Of a DNA stretch of 64,000 nt, positions 40,213 through 50,200 are shown piece after piece (positions within the stretch are counted from its first letter, which is position 1; every line of letters starts with the position of its first letter). A program made the position numbers and the translations under genes. The notes under the pieces are model-generated. The model was not told where the DNA came from. It made no database searches and worked only from the letters and a program-made list of their open reading frames with translations. The DNA is taken from NCBI GenBank assembly GCA_040954595.2, contig CM082585.2, positions 4,613,358 through 4,677,357 on the forward strand, given 5' to 3'. The stretch comes from Balanoglossus misakiensis. Lineage: Eukaryota; Animalia; Hemichordata.

Positions 40213-41071
40213 GTCAAGTGACTTTTTTCCAACGTGGGTGGGAGTAGAGGATGAGGGGGAGGGTTCCAACACGAGGGTCGTAGAGGGCGCTGTGACACCC
40301 TTCAAAGACGTTGGTTTGATCAGACTGTGAATTCTCAATAGTGGACATGTCTTCGCGCAAATTTTCGGACTGTGATAATCAAATCCGCAAACCTCAAAAA
40401 GCTTGGAATTTAATCCCTTCTTTGTGAATGTTTTACACTACATTTGTTACGACAATGATGATATGCCTTCGTTTTTTGTCTGTAATGGATGATTGGAGGA
40501 CCGGATACAATGTTCTGTTCACCAGAGCAGGAAGGATTTGCTGTAGAGTATCTATCATCACATGATATGCACAATTTCAATGTTAACAGGATTTCACAAA
40601 GGGCAAGGCTTGGAACTTGGTCATGGAAATAAATTTATTACAAACCAGATCCCATAGCCAAAAAAATCCACACTCTAATTTCCTTATATTTCTCCGTGTA
40701 AGATACAGAGCAAGGTATTCTTATTAATGATAATCTCTTCTGGGCTTGCTTTGCAAGAAATATTAAAATAGCACTGAATACATTGACCATTGAATACATG
40801 AAGCTCAGTAAGTCCCAACTGTGATCATAGAGAAGGAGATCTTGGCCTGATTTTCTTTTGCAGAGACAGAAAGTGGGATAACCATGATTCAAGTGTGTTC
40901 CAATTTTGTCAGACAATTCAAATTAATCACATAACTTTAAAAAGATGTTGAATTGTTCAGCTTTGTGTAAAGACATGTCAGGATGGACAAATTGCTCATT
41001 ATGAATTTTCCTGCGTTTTGTGTCACTGGTTTGGTTGGAAAAAAAACCCAGGAAATTCTGGAGACGAGTGT

Positions 41072-41290
41072 TCAAGTGTCTAAGCTCTCCTTCTTGACTG
41101 TGACGGTCACAGTCTGCGGTGTTGATGTTTTCACTGCAGTGGTAACTGGTTGTGCGACAGTTCTGGTTGTTGCGGTGCTCTGCTGCGTCGACGCTGCGGC
41201 CACTGAAGTCGGCTGCGCCAGTGATGTCATCGGTTTGAATATGGGCGCCAGTTTGGGCATCTTCAGCTCCGTGTTGGGCTCGGCGGGGAG
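41072..41290 (-). pseudogene. 5'-truncated duplicate of the TAF6 last exon
   Basis: Same truncation point as 36431-36649, with one S>F change (APIFKP). Confidence 0.85.
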
Positions 41291-41794
41291 TTTGCTATCA
41301 TTATATCACGCGCACTCGGTATTAAATGACAGAAATAATTTTGGAGTCCAAGTTTTATTTCGCGTTAGAACACTGAGCTATACGTTATTGCATCAGCGGT
41401 ACATCCGTTTCGGCTTTGTTTGGTTTAACTCCCCCCCCCCTTTTCTGGGCTAAATTTATCAAAATCAGACTGGTATCAATACAATAATGAATATTTAGAT
41501 GGGGGGGGGGGCTAAATAAATGAAATGCCTGAAAAAAATTCTCGCATACCATGTACGTTATATCGAAAAATGAAAACTGCCCAATTCCCGAGTTCTTGGT
41601 ATATATGCTAATTTCTGATAAGCTTCTCGCGTTACTTTCTAATGATGGGCGCGTCAGAATCATTCCATGACAAAGGCATTCTTATTGCCATGACAACGAT
41701 CTCCACTGTCGACATCAAGCAGTCTTTGTTCTACGTTTCAACAGCTAGCATTGGTGTTTACTACAAGCATGTTTCTTACTGAAAAGTAACCAAA

Positions 41795-42706
41795 ATGGGA
41801 CTGTTAAGTATAATCTTCGCTCTCGCAGCCAACTTTGCAACTGCAGTATATGGTAGGGTGCATTCTGTACCCGTCGTTGGAGCATATTTGACAACTTTTC
41901 ATGAGTTCTTCTTGAGAATTTGTGAAGTTCCAATCGTAGTTCGTGTTCGCCGTGCCGTCAAAGTCATTTGGGACTTGTATCTGAGCATGATGAAAGTTAT
42001 CGTCTTCATCGTTTTTTGGCCGATTTGTGTCCCTGTTTGGATCATTAGGAAACTAATCACCAGGCAACGAGGCGGGGACCTGGAGGATGCGGCTGACACA
42101 GGAGTGGTCAATCGTCTCACATCCGCGCTGAGACGTTTTGTCGTCAGTCTACCAGTGGTCGGACCAGTATTTGTCTGGGTGGGAAATGCCACTCCACGTT
42201 TTGTACAAGTCGTCCGAGTCATCGTTTGGATTTTCTTAAATCCAAGCGAGTTCATCGAAAAGATAGAATCTTTCGACGCCAGACTCGTTGAATTGGAAGA
42301 GAGTGTTGCAGACTCTTCCGAGAAACTGGACGAGGTGAAACGTGATGTGTCCAACGAATGCAGGGAAATCGCCAAGCGACACTCTCAAGACGTGGCCAAG
42401 GTGAAACGTGATATGTCCAACGAATGCAGGGAAATCGTCGAGCGACACTCTCAAGACGTAGCCAATGTGAAACGTGATGTGTCCAACGAATGCAGGGAAA
42501 TCGTCAAGCGACACTCTCAATACGTGGCCAAGGTGAAACGTGATGTGTCCAACGAATGCAGGGAAATCGTCCAGCGACACTCTCAAGACGTGGACAGACG
42601 TCTGGAAGAAATTCACCGCGTCGCATCGCAAGTACCAACACCAAACTCACGGCTTAGCGTTCCAGGACTAGCGACCGCTAAGAGATGGTTTTTCGCTCGA
42701 AAGTGA
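41795..42706 (+). CDS. Uncharacterised hydrophobic/coiled-coil protein, copy 4 (303 aa; four 22-aa repeats)
   Basis: Intact ORF with several private substitutions (TFHEF, KVIVF, RGGDL, TGVVN). Confidence 0.8.
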   Translation: MGLLSIIFALAANFATAVYGRVHSVPVVGAYLTTFHEFFLRICEVPIVVRVRRAVKVIWDLYLSMMKVIVFIVFWPICVPVWIIRKLITRQRGGDLEDAADTGVVNRLTSALRRFVVSLPVVGPVFVWVGNATPRFVQVVRVIVWIFLNPSEFIEKIESFDARLVELEESVADSSEKLDEVKRDVSNECREIAKRHSQDVAKVKRDMSNECREIVERHSQDVANVKRDVSNECREIVKRHSQYVAKVKRDVSNECREIVQRHSQDVDRRLEEIHRVASQVPTPNSRLSVPGLATAKRWFFARK

Positions 42707-43802
42707 GCTGGGAAGAACCCGTACCGTGTATATCTTTAAACTCCAGTACAGACAATGATATTTCTAACAGATTGTCTGTATTGTGATCATTTATTTGTTA
42801 ATAAAATTTGTTATTTCACATTTCATGGTGTTAGTGATTCTATATCTGGGCTAAATCTGAAGAGTGTCAGTTGTAGACAGATGAACAGTTGTGACTCGTC
42901 CGAATACTGTTAATACGAGGGTTGCACCTGGTACATTTATAATCAGTTGTCAAGTGACTTTTTCCATTGTTCGACTACAACGCGGGTGGGAGAAAAGAGG
43001 ATAAGGTGGCCGTGGGGGGGGGGGGGTTCCAACACGAGGGTCGTAGAGGGCGCTGTGACACCCTTCAAAGACGTTGGTTTGATCAGACTGTGAATTCTCA
43101 ACAGTGGACATGTCTTCCCGCAAAGTTTCGGACTCTGATGACCCCCAAACCTCAAAAAACTTGAAATGTAATATCTTCTTTGTAAATGTTTTACACTACA
43201 TTTGACAATGATGATATGCCTTCGTTTTTTGTCTGTAATGGACTGGATACAATGTTTTGTTCACCAGAGCAGGAAGGATTTGCAGTAGAGTATCTGTCAT
43301 CACATGATATGCACAATTTCAATGTTAACAGGATTTCACAAAGGGCAAGGCTTGGAACTTGGTCATGGAAATAAATTTATTACAAACCAGATCCCATAGC
43401 CAAAAAAATCCACACTCTAATTTCCTTATATTTCTCCGTGTAAGATACAGAGCAAGGTATTCTTATTAATGATAATCTCTTCTGGGCTTGCTTTGCAAGA
43501 AATATTAAAATAGCACTGAATACATTGACCATTGAATACATGAAGCTCAGTAAGTCCCAACTGTGATCATAGAGAAGTAGACTTTGGCCTGGTTGACTTT
43601 TGCAGAGACAGAAAGTGTGTTCCAGTTTCAAGTGTATTCCAATTTTGTCAGATAATTCAAATTGATCACATGACTTTAAAAAGATGTTGAATTTTTCAGC
43701 TTTGTGTAAAGACATGTCATGATGGACAAATTGCTCATGATGAATTTTCCTGCGTTTTGTGTCACTGGTTTAGTTGACCCAGGAAATTCTAGAGACGAGT
43801 GT

Positions 43803-44303
43803 TCAAGTGTCTAAGCTCTCCTTCTTGACTGTGACGGTCACAGTCTGCGGTGTTGACGTTTTCACTGCAGTGGTAACTGGTTGTGCGACAGTTCTGGTTG
43901 TTGCGGTGCTCTGCTGCGTGGACGCTGCGGCCACTGAAGTCGGCTGGGCCAGCGACGTCATCGGTTTGGATATGGGCGCCAGTTTGGGCATCTTCAGCTC
44001 CGTGTTGGGCTCGGCGGGGAGCGCCACGGGGCTGGAGGTGGTGACGGGACTCTGGGCGCTGGCCGCCTGCGCCAGCGACATCAGCATGCTGGTAGCGCCC
44101 GAGGTGATGGCCGACGACTTCTGGACCGGCGTGCCCGGTTGCTGCGACGACGACCCAGCCGCGGTCGCCGTCGGGGTGGTCCCCGCCGACGACAAGGTCA
44201 TGACCATAAACTTGCCGGTCGAACTCGGCGTGAGCACCTTCTGGGTGGACGAGGCGCTGCTGGTGCTCACGAGCTTGACGACAGTGGTTGGTTGAGAAGT
44301 AGT
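43803..44303 (-). other. Complete duplicate of the TAF6 last exon with intact acceptor (possible alternative terminal exon)
   Basis: ttttctcacttgcag acceptor, then open frame [12 protein letters not shown]…KKESLDT*. Differs from 47708-47217 by a 9-bp QQP insertion. The 3' UTR and AATAAA are also duplicated. Confidence 0.8.
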
Positions 44304-45184
44304 CTGCAAGTGAGAAAACATGTTGATCTATGGATGATATTTTGATCTGTATGGAAAGTGTAAAATCTTTTACACTATTCACTTCATACAAAGGTTATTC
44401 CCTCAAAACACGACCATTGTCAAACGACATGTGCATCTACAGTCGCGTTGTGATTGGATAAATTTCTCATTGAGGACGACAACATCTGTGCATCCCAAAA
44501 TTCAGCTGCTCACGCACAACTTCATTGGGCGAAATTTGTCAAGAGACAGCAGAAAGTACCTGTGGCGAGAATGTGGCAACCAGTGGCTGACCAATTTTAG
44601 TGTGCGCCTGCCATTTTGCAGAACTTGAACGTCGACTATATTGAACCATGTGCCAACTATTAATGCATGTTCATGTTTGCTATCATTATATCACGTGCAC
44701 TCGGTATTAAAGGACAGAAATAATTTTGGAGTCCAAGTTTTAATTCGCGTTAGAACACTGAGCTATACGTTATTACACCAGCGGTACAGTCCGATTCGGC
44801 TTTGATTTTAACTTTCCCTCTTTTTTCTGGGCTAAATTTATCAAAATCAGACTGGTATCAATACAATAATGAATATTTAGATGGGGGGAGGGGGGGGGGT
44901 CTAAATAAATGAAATGCCTGAAAAAAATTCTCGCATACCATGTACGTTATATCGAAACATGAAAACTGCCCAAATCCCGAGTTCTTGGTACATATGCTAA
45001 TTTCTGATAAGCTTCTCGCGTTACTTTCTAATGATGGGCGCGTCAGAGTCATTCCATGACAAAGGCATTCTAATTGCCATGACAACGATCTCCACTGTCG
45101 ACATCAAGCAGTCTTTGTTCTACGTTTCAACAGCGAGCATTGTGTGTTTACTACAAGCATGTTTCTTACTGAAAAGTAACCAAA

Positions 45185-46096
45185 ATGGGACTGTTAAGTA
45201 TAATCTTCGCTCTCGCAGCCAACTTTGCAACTGCAGTATATGGTTGGGTGCATTCTGTACCCGTCGTTGGAGCATATTTGACAACTTTTGATGATTTCTT
45301 CTTGAGAATTTGTGAAGTTCCAATCGTAGTTCGTGTTCGCCGTGCCGTCAAAGTCATTTGGGACTTGTATCTGAGCATGATGAAAGTTGTATTATTCATC
45401 GTTTTCTGGCCGATTTGTGTCCCTGTTTGGATCGTTAGGAAACTGATCACCAGGCAACGAGGCGCGGACTTGGAGGATGCGGCTGACACAGGACTGGTCA
45501 ATCGTCTCACATCCGCGCTGAGACGTTTTGTCGTCAGTCTACCAGTGGTCGGACCAGTAATTGTCTGGGTGGGAAATGCCACTCCACGTTTTGTACAAGT
45601 CGTCCGAGTCATCGTTTGGATTTTCTTAAATCCAAGCGAGTTCATCGAAAAGATAGAATCTTTCGACGCCAGACTCGTTGAATTGGAAGAGAGTGTTGCA
45701 GACTCTTCCGAGAAACTGGACGAGGTGAAACGTGATGTGTCCAACGAATGCAGGGAAATCGTCAAGCGACACTCTCAAGACGTGGCCAAGGTGAGACGTG
45801 ATGTGTCCAACGAATGCAGGGAAATCGTCGAGCGACACTCTCAAGACGTAGCCAATGTGAAACGTGATGTGTCCAACGAATGCAGGGAAATCGTCAAGCG
45901 ACACTCTCAATACGTGGCCAAGGTGAAACGTGATGTGTCCAACGAATGCAGGGAAATCGTTCAGCGACACTCTCAAGACGTGGACAGACGTCTGGAAGAA
46001 ATTCACCGCGTTGCATCGCAAGTACCAACACCAAACTCACGCCTTAGCCTTCCTGGACTAGCGACCGCCAAGAGATGGTTCTTCGCTCGAAAGTGA
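45185..46096 (+). CDS. Uncharacterised hydrophobic/coiled-coil protein, copy 5 (303 aa; four 22-aa repeats)
   Basis: Intact ORF with AATAAA at ~46190. Convergent with the native TAF6 3' end. Confidence 0.8.
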   Translation: MGLLSIIFALAANFATAVYGWVHSVPVVGAYLTTFDDFFLRICEVPIVVRVRRAVKVIWDLYLSMMKVVLFIVFWPICVPVWIVRKLITRQRGADLEDAADTGLVNRLTSALRRFVVSLPVVGPVIVWVGNATPRFVQVVRVIVWIFLNPSEFIEKIESFDARLVELEESVADSSEKLDEVKRDVSNECREIVKRHSQDVAKVRRDVSNECREIVERHSQDVANVKRDVSNECREIVKRHSQYVAKVKRDVSNECREIVQRHSQDVDRRLEEIHRVASQVPTPNSRLSLPGLATAKRWFFARK

Positions 46097-47216
46097 GCTG
46101 GGAAGAACCCGTACGGTGTATATCTTTAAACTCCAGTACAGACAATGATATTTCTAAAAGATTGTCTGTATTGTGATCATTTATTTGTTAATAAAATTTG
46201 TTATTTCACATTTCATGGTGTTAGTGATTCTATATCTGCGCTAAATCTGAAGAGACTGTCAGATATGAACAGATGAAAAGTTGTGAGTCGTCTGAATACT
46301 GTTAATACGAGGGTTTCACCTGGTACATTTATACTCAGTTGTCAAGTGACTTTTTTTCCATTGTTCGACTACAACGCGGGTGGGAGTAGAGGATGAGGGG
46401 GAGGTGGCCGTGGGGGGGGGGGGGGTTCCAACACGAGGGTCGTAGAGGGCGCTGTGACACCCTATAAAGACGTTGGTTTGATGAGACTGTGAATTCTCAA
46501 TAGTGGACATGTCTTAGCGCAAATTTTCTGACTGTGATGACCCCCAAACCTCAAAAAGCTTGAAATTTAATCCCTTCTTTGTGAATGTTTTACACTACAT
46601 TTGCTATGACAATGATAATATTCCGTTTTTTTTCTGTAATGGACTGGATACAATGTTTTGTTCAACAGAGCAGGAAGGATTTGCAGTAGAGTATCTGTCA
46701 TCACATGATATGCACATTTTCAATGTTAACAGGATTTCACGAAGGGCAAGGCTTGGAACTTGGTCATGGAAATAAATTTATTACAAACCAGATCCCATAG
46801 CAAAAAAATCCACACTTTAATTTCCTTATATTTCTCCCAGTGTAAGGTACAGAGCAAGGTATTATAATTAATGATAATCTCTTCTGGGATTGCTTTGCAA
46901 GAAATATTAAAATAGCAATGAATACATTGAACAAATAATATATGAGGCTCAGTAAGTCCCAACTGTGATCATAGAGAAGGAGATCTTGGCCTGGTTTACT
47001 TTTGCAGAGACAGAAAGTGGCTTAACCATGATTCAAGTGTGTTCCAATTTTGTCAGATAATTCAAAAATAATCACATGACTTTAAAAAGATGTTGAATTT
47101 TTCAGCTTTGTGTAAAGACATGTCAGGATGGACAAATTGCTCATTATGAATTTTCCTGCATTTTGTGTCACTGGTTTGGTTGGGGAAAAAACCCAGGAAA
47201 TTCTGGAGACGAGTGT

Positions 47217-50200
47217 TCAAGTGTCTAAGCTCTCCTTCTTGACTGTGACGGTGACAGTCTGCGGTGTTGATGTTTTCACTGCAGTGGTAACTGGTTGTGC
47301 GACAGTTCTGGTTGTTGCGGTGCTCTGCTGCGTGGACGCTGCGGCCACTGAAGTCGGCTGGGCCAGTGATGTCATCGGTTTGGATATGGGCGCCAGTTTG
47401 GGCATCTTCAGCTCCGTGTTGGGCTCGGCGGGGAGCGCCACGGGGCTGGAGGTGGTGACGGGACTCTGGGCGCTGGCCGCCTGCGCCAGCGACATCAGCA
47501 TGCTGGTGGCGCCCGAGGTGATGGCCGACGACTTCTGGACCGGCGTGCCCGACGATGACCCGGCCGCGGTCGCCGTCGGGGTGGTCCCCGCCGACGACAA
47601 GGTCATGACCATGAACTTGCCGGTTGAACTCGGCGTGAGCACCTTCTGGGTGGACGAGGCGCTGCTGGTGCTCACGAGCTTGACGACAGTGGTTGGTTGA
47701 GAAGTAGTCTGCAAGTGAGAAAAACATGACGATCATGGATGATATTTGGATCTGCATGGAAAGTGTAAAATCTTTTATACACGGTATTCTCTTCAAACAA
47801 GGGTTATTCCCTCAAAACATGGCCATTGTCCAACGACGTGTGCATCGATAATCCCACTGTGATTGGATGAATTTCTCAATGAGGACGTCAACAACATCTT
47901 GTCAATACACATACACAGGAAGAGCTTCATAAAAACCCCACAAAACATAAGGTTCTTACACCTTCACAGATTGGACAGTAGTTCTTTTCCACTATAAGAT
48001 ATTCAGCTACTTGTATATTGTGCTGTTTAGGGTTTTCACTAGGGTTCTTCAAACTTCAAGGGCCATTTTGTGTCAAAGGTCATGACACTAATATTTTCAG
48101 CAGCAATGCCATTCATCTTGACCTGATGCTGTCATCCACAGGCACAATGACTTTTCACCTATAATGTTTTTATTTTGTTTTTATTCAAATGCCAACTTCT
48201 GTTTCATTCGAAGTCACAAAAAGATTGACATTTACCGTTGATGTGTATTTGACCAATTACACCCTGAAATGTATGCATTTGCTACGGATTTCAAACTTTC
48301 TTTTGTGCCACACCTTCCATGGGAAAATATTAACCCTTTCACCACACTGGTTCAGTCCAAACAGGGGGTTGACCCATTGTTTTCTATGGTATGGTTGGAC
48401 CTCTATAGAGGGACTTGGGGGTGAAAGGGTAAGGCCAGTGGCCTACTGTATAGTAATCAAATTACGGAAATTACTTCATATACTAGCTGAATTCTAACTT
48501 TAACATCTGAATTGGTCATGAGGCAGTGATGACTGTTTTCAGTTTTAAAATTAGTGCCGAGTCAGCCATTTTCATAATACCTCTTCATTGGTAAACATTT
48601 TTCATGAAATACCTTATTAATTCAGACAACATGGTTTTGGATGGTGGTTTATAACAAAGAACTGTCATATTTTTCTGCATGTGTCCAGCTAACGATACCA
48701 AACAGATGGAGAAATAAAACCACCAATGAAAGCCCTCCCCTAATTTTATTCACAAAGCCATCTGTGATTCTAGGACATACTAGATAAACATTGAAGTAAG
48801 AAATTACTGCATTTCCCCCCAGCACACAAGCACATTAGTCTGCTGTCCCCCTCAAGCAAATATTAGTCATTTAGATTTGTATTAGCGCAGGATGCCATCT
48901 CGTCTGCCTACTCACTTGAATACATGTTGTTGAGGGGGTGTTATGTCGTCCAGAGCTGACAATGACAAACTTGGGTTGGCTACTGTTAATGGTAGGGGTA
49001 CTGGGATTGGACGGCAATCGGCCAATGTGACCACTTGTTCTTTGTGCACTGGACAAGATAGAGGTGGCTCTTGGCTGTGAAGACAAACAGACAGGCAGAA
49101 GGAGAGGGGGAGAGAGAGAGAGAGAGAGAGACAGAGAGAGGCAGAGACAGAGAGAAAGAGAAAAAAATACACAACATCAAAGCAAACATGAGGCAATAGG
49201 GAAACATATTTTACAGGGTCATGCAAGGCTATAGTCTGAGGCGCAAAAGATGAAAGCATTCATTTTATTAAAGCTAGATTAGCTGTAACTTTTTGCTATG
49301 TTACAGTATTTTTGTTTTGTGTATCTACTGCAGTTTCTTGTTCAAATCCCTGAATCATGATGAAAAACCCAGGAATTACTTATCAACACAACCTATATGT
49401 GTATAGTCAGTAGTGGATTTGTGCACAATTTGAATTCAAGTCTTCCCTAGAATTCATCTGTCAACAATAACAATAGTCGTCACACACATATAGGCTATAT
49501 TGACAAGCGTAGTACTGGGTATATTAGCATGCTGTTTAGAGTAGAACAAGAAATTACTTTGATACATAGAACCAAAATACTGGAGATAAGACCAAAAGAT
49601 ACCGCTAATGTCCCTTTAAGCAATTGCAGACAGCGGTGTCGTGTGTTGCAAAGCTGATAAATTAGGCATGCGGCATGACATCACGCAGAAAGCCATGCAG
49701 TGGAGGAAACAGAGTGCAAACACTTACACAGCATTTACAGTACAACTGGCTTACCCATCCCAGCTACTCTTTACTTCTGAATTGACGATTCCAAATGAGA
49801 TGGGTTTGTTTACGTTTTATTTTCACGTAATTTGTGGTTTAAGATTCGCCAAAATTACACACGCATAGCAGACCTGAGCTGTTCATGAGTTCACCCTTTT
49901 ACCGACCCATGGTTCAGTCCAAAGCCATTGTTTTCTACGGTACGCTTGGACCTCTAAAGAGGGAACTGGGGGTGAAAGGGTAAAACCTCTCCCTGAGATT
50001 CCATGAACACCTGCAAGTGCAAGCCGTCCCACTTTGTTCTGTCTAAGCATGTCTCATTTTTTGTTGACAAAATTCTGCCCAGATGATATTTTGCACATTG
50101 GTCTATGTGGTGCTGTGCAAGGCCATATTTCTCATTGAAGACTATGTGGAACGCCATTAACAATACCTGGTACATTTCAGAAAGCATTGACTGTGAATAT

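Larger units (their letters stand above)
33689..47899. repeat. Tandem segmental duplication, 4 units (33689-36649, 36650-41290, 41291-44487, 44488-47899), each with the unknown gene plus the TAF6 3' end
   Basis: Near-identical blocks. The junction at 44487 joins TAF6 intron sequence (…acaacatct, cf. 47891-47899) to gtgcatccc (cf. 33690). Identical deletion junctions ggcggggag|tttgctatc at 36649 and 41290. Confidence 0.92.

Noticed and set aside
4900-46460. Recurrent GAGGGCGCT motif (CTCF-like) at ~4909, ~10295 and once per duplicated unit
   Set aside because: Only a partial match to the CTCF consensus, and most occurrences are explained by the duplication itself.
36342-47796. Val/Ala-rich plus-strand ORFs (36342, 40983, 43774, 47128) and alternative-frame minus ORFs (43789, 47062)
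   Set aside because: Antisense or alternate-frame shadows of the GC-rich TAF6 last exon and its duplicates.
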